Shown piece after piece: positions 47,090 through 55,994 of a DNA stretch of 64,000 nucleotides. Origin of the DNA: Candidatus Bathyarchaeota archaeon (lineage in GTDB: Archaea > Thermoproteota > CALKCG01 > B24); contig JAGTQM010000008.1 of the NCBI GenBank assembly GCA_018396755.1, positions 6,595 through 70,594 of the forward strand, given 5' to 3'. A program made the position numbers and the translations under genes. The notes beneath the pieces were generated by a model that saw only the letters and a program-made list of their open reading frames with translations, ran no database searches and had not been told where the DNA came from. Every line of letters starts with the position of its first letter. Position 1 is the stretch's first letter.

Positions 47090-48085
47090 TTACATGCTTC
47101 TAATCTTTCTAACAGCTTCAACCATCGTCTTCCAAGCCTTCTCGGAGTCTTCACATGAAAGTTCAGACCCTTCCTCTGCTCTAAAACTCCATGTAGCTAT
47201 AGCGTCTGCGCCAAGCTCTACAGCTTTAACAACGCCCCTGTAGACATCTGATTCACGACCTTTCGGAACTTTTATAAGCTCCACCCATATCTGAGTTTTC
47301 AAATTAGCCTTCCTAGACACCTCTAAAGCCCTATTGACCCATTCTATAAACCAGTTGAAGGATCTATTTCCCCAAATCCAGTAAGGATCTGTTGAAAATA
47401 CATCTAGGTTTTTAAGGTTTAGAACGGGATCCCAAGAGTATATTCCATGCATACCCGTATGCTCAGGCATAAGGCATAGTATGTTTATAAGTCCTCTGTC
47501 AAGCTTTTTAACTTCAGAAGTAAGTTCATCTAAAAGGTTGAAAAGCGAATTCTGCCTAAACTTTTTAACATCATCAGTTAAACTGTCAGGCATATCATAT
47601 CCATACTCTTCACGAAAGATCCTCCTACAAACTAGGCATCTGCAAGTCCAAACTTCAGGCCAACCCCTAGGAACTATTAAAGAAGGTTCATCCCAGAATA
47701 CGCCGTCAGGTTTGAGCTTATTGACTATTTCTCTGACACTGTTCTTAAGCCAAGCCCTATAATCTGGATTATTCGGGCATCCTCTGATCGGGTAAATTCG
47801 TCCTCTACTATCTACTTCACACCAATCCGGGTTGTTCGGCACGGCTATGCTAAAGTGTCCGGGTACGAAGAATCCGAAGCCATGCATATCTACAAACACT
47901 TTTAAGCCTATGTTCTGAGCTTTATCGACTACAATCTTCTTAGCATTCACTATGCTAGGCCACTCATACTCGTTGATGCAAAGCGTTATAGAGGTAAAAC
48001 CAGCTTCATAAATTTCCCTCAAATCAGCCTCAATATGGCTAGGATAAGGACACCCATAATAGGCTACACTGACATCCCAAATCAA
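47090..48085 (-). CDS. TIM-barrel protein resembling the GH42 catalytic domain
   Basis: GH42-style Zn Cys cluster elements are present (GCPNNPDY ... CRCLVC, that is CxCxxC). The acid/base position reads FWDEP rather than NE. Confidence 0.4.
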   Translation of the reverse strand: MIWDVSVAYYGCPYPSHIEADLREIYEAGFTSITLCINEYEWPSIVNAKKIVVDKAQNIGLKVFVDMHGFGFFVPGHFSIAVPNNPDWCEVDSRGRIYPIRGCPNNPDYRAWLKNSVREIVNKLKPDGVFWDEPSLIVPRGWPEVWTCRCLVCRRIFREEYGYDMPDSLTDDVKKFRQNSLFNLLDELTSEVKKLDRGLINILCLMPEHTGMHGIYSWDPVLNLKNLDVFSTDPYWIWGNRSFNWFIEWVNRALEVSRKANLKTQIWVELIKVPKGRESDVYRGVVKAVELGADAIATWSFRAEEGSELSCEDSEKAWKTMVEAVRKIRSM

Positions 48086-48367
48086 AACCCAACACCTCCT
48101 ACATTGACTACATATTCAACCTTTAAAATAATTCCTACCTGCGTCTTCTAAACAATATTCCCCGTTAAAAATCGTTAATTACTTCAAAATATTCTCAGCT
48201 TTAATACCTCTTCAATAGAGGGTTCTAAAGAGGGATTTTAGTCCTATTCTAAACGCTTCTCTTTTTATGGAGATGCATGCAGGTTTAAACCTTTAATGTT
48301 AAAACTCCGAGTATTGGATAAGACGTAAGCATTTAGAAATGTGGAAGATGAGAAAAACGAGGGGTTA

Positions 48368-49129
48368 TTATAGCCCCATTTTCCTCAGATTCTCTACGCA
48401 GCGTTTTACGCATTCGAGAGGCTTGTATGCGTAGCTTTCCTGCTCCACTATGTACCACTCTGTTCCACCAACTGTCTCGCATAAGTGGAAAAATTCTCTC
48501 CACTTCATATCGCCTTCACCTATCAGAGCTAGCGGGTTCTTCGAAGAATACTCTTTAACATGTACCGTGAGGGCGCGTTTAGGATAACGTTTAACTATTT
48601 CAAGTATTCCATCTGCGCTAACTCCGCCATGCATAGCGTTACCAGTATCCAATTGCATTACAACCTCCTGCACTGTAGCGCTGAAGAATATATCCCAAGG
48701 GATTTCACCATTTATAGGTTTAAACTCGATATGGTGATTATGGTAGCCTATGTACATCCCCTCAGGCTTCAGCTTTCCAGCTATCTCGTTGAAAAGCTTA
48801 GCCGTTCTAAGCCAAGCCTCCTTAGAACTCCTCATGTTTTCAGGTATCCAAGGCACTATGAGGAAGCGGTTTCCAAGCATCTTATTGAACTCAACGGTCT
48901 GCTTCAATTTGTCTCCAAGTAAAGTATCTATACCTATGTGGGTTCCTGCAACCTTCAAACCCAAATCTCTAAGCATATCTCTCAACTCTCCGGCGCTCCT
49001 GCCGTAGTAGCCCGCAAACTCTACACCCTCATAACCCATACTCGCTACTTCTTCCAAGGTTTTACGTAAATCGCGAGCACAATCCTCTCGAACAGAGTAC
49101 AATTGTAATGCTATCGGTATCTTCACCAT
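48368..49129 (-). CDS. sugar phosphate isomerase/epimerase (xylose-isomerase-like TIM barrel)
   Basis: It has GYEGVEFAG, HNHH and EQE motifs and the typical 253-aa length. Confidence 0.8.
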   Translation of the reverse strand: MVKIPIALQLYSVREDCARDLRKTLEEVASMGYEGVEFAGYYGRSAGELRDMLRDLGLKVAGTHIGIDTLLGDKLKQTVEFNKMLGNRFLIVPWIPENMRSSKEAWLRTAKLFNEIAGKLKPEGMYIGYHNHHIEFKPINGEIPWDIFFSATVQEVVMQLDTGNAMHGGVSADGILEIVKRYPKRALTVHVKEYSSKNPLALIGEGDMKWREFFHLCETVGGTEWYIVEQESYAYKPLECVKRCVENLRKMGL

Positions 49130-49253
49130 ACGGACACACCACTCCTATATCTCCTCTACAGCCTTTAAGCTTTTCCAAACAAAACTCTCCAGTACAACAT
49201 GGAGGATTAAAGTCTGTAAAAGCATTTAAGCGTGTCAAACAGATATACTATAG

Positions 49254-51506
49254 ATGTTTAAATTGAAGATTCCAAGTTTAAAACGTGAATTCAAAACAGT
49301 AGCCGTTACAGCGGCAATAATACTGCTGATAGCCTTCAGTGTAGTAGGCTACTTATACTACAGTGGTTTCTTCACCTTTGAGAAAAAGAAGGATATAGTC
49401 GGCATAATATCCATAAGCGGCGCTATCTTATTCTCAGAACAGGTGGATACTTACGCTAAAATCATAAGCCATGCTTTAAGAAACAGCACTATTAAAGCCG
49501 TAGTATTGCGGATAGACTCCCCAGGTGGTTATGCCGACCTAATAGAAGAAATATACTTAGATATTTTAGAGTTGAAGAAGGTTAAACCTGTAATAGCCTC
49601 GGTAACTACGGCTCTCTCAGGAGGCTACTATATAGCAGTTGCTGCAGACTACATATATGCTGCTCCAACATCCTTCGTCGGAAACGTAGGAGTTATAGGT
49701 GTTATGCCTCCCACGTTAATCCCATCGGAGATAGTCATAGAAACAGGCGTCTACAAGGCTACAGGCTTCTCTAAACTACTCTTCCCATTTAACCTAAGCC
49801 ATGCGTTAGATAGCTTTGCCTCAGCGGTTGAAACAGGTAGAGGAAGCCGGCTGAAAATCTCCTCGGTGGAGCTTAAAAGAGGAACAATATACTTGGGAAG
49901 TGAAGCCGTAAAACTCGGATTAATCGATGAAATCGGCGCCCTTCAAAAAGCCATAAGTAAAGCCGCTGAAGAAGCTGGACTTGTAAAGTATGATGTTATT
50001 GATTTAAACGAAGCCTTTAAAGAGGTTGCCTATTCCTGGGGCTCGCTAAGCTCCAATTTAACTTTAGACTGGAGAAACCTAACGGTTGAAGTCCTCAACA
50101 GTTTTCAACCACCCCCGTCAATATGGTACTTGTACCTACCATCTGAATCGGGCTTCACCATACTATCAAGTGTAGAGTCTACAAGTGTAGGGATCAGTGT
50201 TTTCAATGAGTATGGAAGGGGGCTCGTATTGGTAGATAGATCTCATGGAAATAGAGTATCAACCTGGGATTTAGATATACTGATAGCTGAACTGGTAGGT
50301 AAAAACATAACTGTACAGTTTTCTTCCAGCTGGAGCAATCTAGCATCCATGTTAAGCAATGCGTCATGCTTGATCATAGCATCTCCAACTATAGCATACT
50401 CAGCTGAGGAATGTAACACTGTTAGAGATTTCGTAAGTAGAGGCGGTATTCTCCTACTGTTCTTCGACCCAGCCTACGAGTATTTAAGCATGTATGAACT
50501 GTTCGACCCCATAAACTCTATAGCGACTAGGTTCGGACTATTCTTTGCTAAAGGGTATCTATACAACGAGGAGGACTACTACGGTTTCTACCGCAACATA
50601 TACGTGAACCGCTTCAAAAGTAGCAATGTGACGGAAAATTTAAAATCTCTAGTCTTCTTCACAGCTACGCACATATATCCGTCGAATAAGGGGGTTGCAT
50701 GGGCTTCGGAAAACACCTATTCTTCAACGGCGGAGAAGACGGGTGATTACGCGGTCATGGCGATGGTTAAGATGAATGGCACCATAGTAGCATTTAGCGA
50801 TCAAACGTTCCTCACGGAGCCGTATTGTTACGTTGGAGATAACTATAAACTCATCCTAAACATAGTCGACCTCGTATTGAAGGCTGAGGTGAGGCCTACA
50901 GTCAAAGAAGTCGCTGAAGGGGCTGTTGAAGAGATAGCTGAACCGGAGCTACCAGTCGGAACGGTCAAAGAATTCATAGAATGGATTGACGGTGAAGAAC
51001 ATATACTTAAATGGGTGAAAGTAAGTGAATTTGAGGTTTTAGTTGAAAGACCGAATGAATCGATTCACTACTACTATGATGAAAATGGCTCCTTGGTTAA
51101 GATAGAATCAGATGGCATTAAAATAATCTACGATACGCCTATAGCAGCTCCGCCATATCCGCTTACCAGGGGAAAGGCTTGGAGTTGTGAAAGCAACTAT
51201 ACCATGTATCTTGATGGCGGTAAAGCGTATGGGAAGATTAACGTAAGCTACAAAGTTGAAGATTTCCAATACGTAGAGGCAAAGAATGGGAAGACGTACT
51301 TCTGCGCAAAAATCCACTACACTGTCATAGACGAGTTTAAAATAGGAGAAAGCTACATGTCGATGGTGTCTGAAGGATTCACATGGGTTTCACAGGAGGC
51401 TGGAGAAGTTAAGGAAGAATACACCACCATTTACTACGTGAATGGTTCTCCTCTTAGCGAAAGTCATGTAACACTGATATTGAAGAGTATTCAAAAGGGT
51501 AAGTAG
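49254..51506 (+). CDS. sppA: signal peptide peptidase SppA (S49) fused to a long C-terminal extension
   Basis: It has an N-terminal TM, then S49 motifs RIDSPGG, the catalytic Ser in ALSGGYYIA and the Lys in GVYKATG. About 470 further residues include a DUF4350/GldG-like segment (LVLVDRSHGN...GGILLLFFDP). Confidence 0.7.
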   Translation: MFKLKIPSLKREFKTVAVTAAIILLIAFSVVGYLYYSGFFTFEKKKDIVGIISISGAILFSEQVDTYAKIISHALRNSTIKAVVLRIDSPGGYADLIEEIYLDILELKKVKPVIASVTTALSGGYYIAVAADYIYAAPTSFVGNVGVIGVMPPTLIPSEIVIETGVYKATGFSKLLFPFNLSHALDSFASAVETGRGSRLKISSVELKRGTIYLGSEAVKLGLIDEIGALQKAISKAAEEAGLVKYDVIDLNEAFKEVAYSWGSLSSNLTLDWRNLTVEVLNSFQPPPSIWYLYLPSESGFTILSSVESTSVGISVFNEYGRGLVLVDRSHGNRVSTWDLDILIAELVGKNITVQFSSSWSNLASMLSNASCLIIASPTIAYSAEECNTVRDFVSRGGILLLFFDPAYEYLSMYELFDPINSIATRFGLFFAKGYLYNEEDYYGFYRNIYVNRFKSSNVTENLKSLVFFTATHIYPSNKGVAWASENTYSSTAEKTGDYAVMAMVKMNGTIVAFSDQTFLTEPYCYVGDNYKLILNIVDLVLKAEVRPTVKEVAEGAVEEIAEPELPVGTVKEFIEWIDGEEHILKWVKVSEFEVLVERPNESIHYYYDENGSLVKIESDGIKIIYDTPIAAPPYPLTRGKAWSCESNYTMYLDGGKAYGKINVSYKVEDFQYVEAKNGKTYFCAKIHYTVIDEFKIGESYMSMVSEGFTWVSQEAGEVKEEYTTIYYVNGSPLSESHVTLILKSIQKGK

Positions 51507-51539
51507 ACGTTTCCTAATAATCCTAGGATCGAGATCTCC

Positions 51540-52388
51540 ATGATAGTGGACTTCCACACCCATATCGGAGGAGTCAAATCGTACCATAGAAACCTGAAGG
51601 GTTTAATCTTCGTAACTGAAAACGACCTTTTAAGCTATATGGTTGAGTTTAACATACAACGAGCCGTGGTGCTACCTGCCCACGGTTTCGATGTTGAACT
51701 CGGCGAATACATCCAATCGTCCGAGAACGTGCTTAGAATTTGCAGATCCCATCCAGGGCTAATACCATTCTGCTGCATCGATCCAATGGAGTCTAAGAAG
51801 TCAAGCTTCATAGAGGATTATGTTTCTAAAGGGGCTAGAGGATACGGTGAGTATAAAGTAAAACTCCCAATAGATCATACGTCTTCCCAAGAGATTTATG
51901 AAATCTGTGGGAAACTCAAAATACCGATTTTAATGCACATAGATGGCTCCCACAGCTACATGTTTGAAGAAGCATTCCAAAAGATAGCTTACAAATACAA
52001 TAAAACTGTCTTCATAATGCATGGACCTGGATGGTGGCGTCATATATCGGCGGAACAGTCGAGAGAAGTATATCCGACAGGTCCAGTAAAACCGGGCGGA
52101 TTGGTGGATAGAATTCTAAGCGAATTTGAAAACGTATACGCGGATATTTCAGCTACATCTGGATTTAACGCTTTACAGAGAGATAGAAACTATGCTAGAG
52201 GATTTTTAGAGAAACATGGTTCAAAAATCGTTTTCGGAACTGATTTCCCATGTATCGACCCTTATGGGGAACAGTTTGGACCTGATGGACTTCACTTAAA
52301 CTTACTTAAATCGCTAGAGCTGAGCGATAAAACTCTCGAAGCCATACTGTTTAATAATGCTGAAAGATTACTAAACCTATCTCAATAA
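51540..52388 (+). CDS. amidohydrolase-2 (PF04909-like) hydrolase
   Basis: It has IVDFHTHIGG, LMHID, IMHGPG and GTDFP motifs. Confidence 0.7.
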   Translation: MIVDFHTHIGGVKSYHRNLKGLIFVTENDLLSYMVEFNIQRAVVLPAHGFDVELGEYIQSSENVLRICRSHPGLIPFCCIDPMESKKSSFIEDYVSKGARGYGEYKVKLPIDHTSSQEIYEICGKLKIPILMHIDGSHSYMFEEAFQKIAYKYNKTVFIMHGPGWWRHISAEQSREVYPTGPVKPGGLVDRILSEFENVYADISATSGFNALQRDRNYARGFLEKHGSKIVFGTDFPCIDPYGEQFGPDGLHLNLLKSLELSDKTLEAILFNNAERLLNLSQ

Positions 52389-52553
52389 CTGCAAAGATAA
52401 ACGTTCGTAGTCACCCCAATACTAAGTGATTGTGGTGAGCTTTAAAGCCGAAAACGTTCCAATTTTAAATGGAAACGTTTGCATTAATTAACCTCGTTTT
52501 TCATCGGTTCCCTTAATTCCTATAGGTTTTCACGCTTTTTCCATAACACCTCT

Positions 52554-53201
52554 CTATGATACCATTGGTCTTTGCACTGTTGGGTGATTGCTACGTTTAC
52601 GTCTTCCACGTTTACGCTTGAGCAGTCCAAGTTTATTTCTAAGCGCGACCACTCTGCCTACGGATATTCCAAGTTTATCGGCAATTTCCTTGTATGTAAG
52701 GCCTTCAAGATACAATTTCTTAAATTCTTCAAAATCTACGTTTATAGTGTTTAGACGCCTAAGACCCATCTTCCTACATTGATACTTCACAGCCTCAAAC
52801 GATATTTTAAGCTTTTCAGCGATCTCCCTGTATGTAAATCCTTCAAGTCTAAGCTTTCTAATGAGCTCTGGATCTGCTGAACTAGGCCTACCTTTATGCT
52901 TTCTATTAAGCTTAAGTTTTCTAGCCCAGCTTGAAATAGTATGTCTATGTACGCCCAATGTTTTAGCTATTTTAACGGCAGAATTGTCTGTCCACATATC
53001 TTTTATACGTGCAATCTGTTCGCTGGTAAGCTTCTTAAACCTGCAGAACTGTGGATGCGGTGGAAGTCCAAGCCCAACTCTTCTACGTCTAACAGTAGAC
53101 TGGTAGACATTCAACATTCTAGCTATAGCATGGTCGCTTAAGCCTTTATTATAAAGACTGACCAATTCTTCATCGGTAAACTTTTTAGGATACATATTCA
53201 T
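52554..53201 (-). CDS. DNA-binding protein made of four tandem HTH repeats
   Basis: The four units, each about 45 aa, are LYNKGLSDHAIARMLNVYQSTVRRRR, MWTDNSAVKIAKTLGVHRHTISSWARK, LRLEGFTYREIAEKLKISFEAVKYQCRK and LYLEGLTYKEIADKLGISVGRVVALRNK. Confidence 0.65.
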   Translation of the reverse strand: MNMYPKKFTDEELVSLYNKGLSDHAIARMLNVYQSTVRRRRVGLGLPPHPQFCRFKKLTSEQIARIKDMWTDNSAVKIAKTLGVHRHTISSWARKLKLNRKHKGRPSSADPELIRKLRLEGFTYREIAEKLKISFEAVKYQCRKMGLRRLNTINVDFEEFKKLYLEGLTYKEIADKLGISVGRVVALRNKLGLLKRKRGRRKRSNHPTVQRPMVS

Positions 53202-53281
53202 TGTCGAAAGGCAAAAATCAAATTTAAACGTTTCTAATTTTTTGAATATGGAGAATCGGATGAATGTGTGGAGTAGGGCTT

Positions 53282-53944
53282 TTAGTGGTTGAACGCTGTA
53301 TAGATCAGGTAGATGCCGGCTACCGTCGTTACAAGTCCTTCGATAAACCTTACATAGTGTGATACTGCTTTAAACTTTCTAGCTAAAACGTCTCCTATTA
53401 GAACTGTTGAGAGGATCATTAAGAACATAGGTATAATCATGCCGGCTGAGAAAAGTAGAAATACGATAAGAGGTTCTCCGCCTACTAGAGAATATGACAG
53501 CATCATTATGAGAACTGGGAGAGAGCACGTCAGTGAGTTAAGACCGTATACTATTCCGTAGAGGTACTGCTGTATGCTTCTACCTTCTAGAGGCTTTACT
53601 CTTTTAAGATTTAAAAACACCGGTATAGCTATTCTGCCGCTTAAAAGAGTTGAAAAACCCAAAACGGTTAAGAAGAAACCGACAGTTAAAACCATTAATG
53701 GGGCAGTTGATACAAACATTTTGATCAAGTGGGTCGGTAGTAGTATGGAAATAGAGAATACGGTTTCTATTCCGAAGGTGACTGAAAGCCAACTCTCTAG
53801 ACATGTCTTTAAGCGTCTTCCAGAGTTTTTATGTGGGTCGTGCAACCAGTATGTTACATAAACTGGTAGAAGGGGGAAAGCACAAGGCGAGAGAAAAGAA
53901 GCAAAACCACTTAGAAAAGCTAGAAGAGCTAACGTGAAATCCAC
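53282..53944 (-). CDS. ccdA: CcdA/DsbD-family thiol-disulfide electron-transfer membrane protein
   Basis: It has the FLSPCAFPLLPVY motif and 6 TM segments. Confidence 0.8.
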   Translation of the reverse strand: MDFTLALLAFLSGFASFLSPCAFPLLPVYVTYWLHDPHKNSGRRLKTCLESWLSVTFGIETVFSISILLPTHLIKMFVSTAPLMVLTVGFFLTVLGFSTLLSGRIAIPVFLNLKRVKPLEGRSIQQYLYGIVYGLNSLTCSLPVLIMMLSYSLVGGEPLIVFLLFSAGMIIPMFLMILSTVLIGDVLARKFKAVSHYVRFIEGLVTTVAGIYLIYTAFNH

Positions 53945-53954
53945 ATATCATCCC

Positions 53955-54482
53955 TCATTCTGGCTCTATGCTTATAGAAATTACGACTACAGGTGAACCT
54001 TCAAAATATTCGTACACTTTTTTAAGCTCTTCTATCTGGCTTTTACAGTAGGTGCACCAAGTAGCCATAAAGTTTAGAAGAACAACGCTACCTCTATGCT
54101 CTTCTAAGTTGAAAAGTTTACCATCTACATCTCTCACCGTAAATACGGATGCGTATTCGAACCCCTCTCCATTAACTTGCTCTCCACTTAAAAGTACACG
54201 TATTTCATCTATAAGCGTAGAAGAGTCTACTAATCCTTCATGTCTAAACCTTACTCTACCCTGCTGGTCTAGAATGACGATTGTCGGAATGACCTTGACT
54301 GAGTAGTTTAAACCGACTTCAGGGGCTTGAGTGAAAATCCAAGACGCACCGAGAGAATCCTTATACTCTCTAAGAGTATAAGGATTATTGTTCGCGTGGA
54401 GGAGATTTGTCCAGATTAAGATGAGAGTAGATAATGCAATTATCGTTAAGATAATTAGTATGACATTTATCCTTAGAGCCAC
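53955..54482 (-). CDS. membrane-anchored TlpA/ResA-like thioredoxin-fold protein, apparently circularly permuted
   Basis: An N-terminal TM is followed first by the cis-Pro half (VKVIPTIVILDQQGRVRFRHEG...LIDEI). The CxxC half comes second (FTVRDVDGKLFNLEEHRGSVVLLNFMATWCTYCKSQ...VVVISISIEPE). Confidence 0.65.
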   Translation of the reverse strand: MALRINVILIILTIIALSTLILIWTNLLHANNNPYTLREYKDSLGASWIFTQAPEVGLNYSVKVIPTIVILDQQGRVRFRHEGLVDSSTLIDEIRVLLSGEQVNGEGFEYASVFTVRDVDGKLFNLEEHRGSVVLLNFMATWCTYCKSQIEELKKVYEYFEGSPVVVISISIEPE

Positions 54483-54522
54483 GGGTAATAACGATTACAT
54501 TGTGCTATTTAAGCGATGTGTC

Positions 54523-54858
54523 TTAATAGCAAGGTGGGCTGTTCAACTTATACTTTCTCATGAATACTCTGAAGACCTCTTGATCCATTTCATATGGTAT
54601 GTCGCCTTCAGAGCTCAGTATAAATCCTCCGCTTGAACTGCCTATTCTCAGCCTATCAAACAAATGCCCTCTAAGTTCTTCTAAACTCATATATCCCATA
54701 TGCTTGCTCAACCCTCCTTGAAGACACAGCCTATCTCCATAATCTTCCTTCAACCTCTTCAAGTCCATGTTGTCTGAAGGACCAATTGGGTTTAAAACGT
54801 CCAATTTAGCTTCAACTAGTAGTGGCACTATGGCGTTTATGTTCCCATGACTGTGCAT
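54523..54858 (-). pseudogene. 3' fragment of a URO-D-family gene (paralog or copy of 55995..57158)
   Basis: The 111-aa ORF is identical to residues of the full-length gene over MHSHGN...GDIPYEM. Its tail then diverges, and no upstream homology exists beyond 54861. Confidence 0.75.
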
Positions 54859-54861
54859 ATT
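54586..54861. repeat. direct repeat copy A (276 bp, identical to 56067..56342)
   Basis: A base-by-base comparison by eye found no mismatch. The offset is 1481 bp. Confidence 0.9.
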
Positions 54862-55020
54862 TGAAGACCTAACAGTAGAGCTCGGAGAACGGATGAAGAT
54901 AAGAAGAAGAGAATCAACTGAAACCAGGGTGCTCCTAAAGATAACAGCCTATCGCTTAAAGGTCATCGTTAGGTGGCTCTATGGATGAATTCTTGGATAC
55001 CTGAACTGCAGAAGTATTTA

Positions 55021-55042
55021 AATATTAAGTAATATTAAGTAA
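55021..55042. promoter_or_regulatory. tandem 10-bp repeat AATATTAAGT x2 upstream of vapB
   Basis: It is an exact tandem duplication lying 18 nt upstream of the vapB ATG. Confidence 0.3.
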
Positions 55043-55059
55043 CATTATATGTTATAAGG

Positions 55060-55263
55060 GTGATATCGATGAGTCTGGTAAAAACAAGAAAGGTCGGCGG
55101 ATCCCTAGTAGTTACTTTACCCAAGGAACTTGTTGAAAGCAAGAAGATTAAGGAAGGCGAAATCGTAGAGATATCGGTCAAGAAAGTTAGGAAGGACGGC
55201 TTTGGTGCCTTCAAGAGTTTAAGTCCATTCACGGTTAGGGACGAGCTGACCGTCCATGAGTAA
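55060..55263 (+). CDS. vapB: AbrB/SpoVT-type antitoxin
   Basis: It has the swapped-hairpin motif RKVGGSLVVTLPKELVE. It overlaps the downstream PIN gene by 8 nt. Confidence 0.8.
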   Translation: MISMSLVKTRKVGGSLVVTLPKELVESKKIKEGEIVEISVKKVRKDGFGAFKSLSPFTVRDELTVHE

Positions 55264-55648
55264 GAAGTACATCATAGATTCTTACGCTTGGGTCGAATAT
55301 TTGATCGGAAGCAAGGCAGGCGAGAAAGTTAGGTCGATCTTGGATGCGGAGGAGGGTGAAATCTACACGTGTGCCGTAACCGTGGCAGAAGTTGTTAGTA
55401 AGATTGCGCGGGAAGGGCAGGATTTTGAGGTTGCCTATGATATTCTCACAAGTAATTCTCAGATTGTTTGTATTGATGAGGAAATTTCAAAGAAAACTGG
55501 TTTGCTGCACTCGCAAATGCGGGAGATCGTGAAGGATTTTGGACTCGCGGACGCTTACGTGTTGGCCATTGCCAGAGAAATTGGCGCGAAGGTCTTGACT
55601 GGTGATCCTCATTTTAAGGGCGTTAAAGAAGCAATCTTCATCAAATAA
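55256..55648 (+). CDS. vapC: PIN-domain toxin
   Basis: It has the motifs YIIDSYAWVEY, ...AEVV..., ...LADAYVLA and ...LTGDPHF. Confidence 0.85.
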   Translation: MSKKYIIDSYAWVEYLIGSKAGEKVRSILDAEEGEIYTCAVTVAEVVSKIAREGQDFEVAYDILTSNSQIVCIDEEISKKTGLLHSQMREIVKDFGLADAYVLAIAREIGAKVLTGDPHFKGVKEAIFIK

Positions 55649-55994
55649 ATTGTCCAGTGTTCTTTAAATCTCTTGGGAGTTTTTGAAAGGTTTAATTAAG
55701 CGTATGGATGATTGGTTAAATGAGAGGCGGCTGTTACCCGCTTCTGACATTGCTGAAGATTTTGTTTCTGAACTCATTTCAAATCAAAAATATTTTAAGC
55801 CCTTCTGACATCATTTATTCTTGCTAGTGGTTAGGCTGAAATTTATGGAAATTGCGGATGGTATATGGAGATTCATAGAGGCCTCCTACAAAACATGGAC
55901 AACAAGAAGAGAAAGAACGTAAAACTTCTACGGCACATGCATATAATTCCATTTAAGAGATGATCAATTTAGTTAAATCGATGAGCCAACTCTT

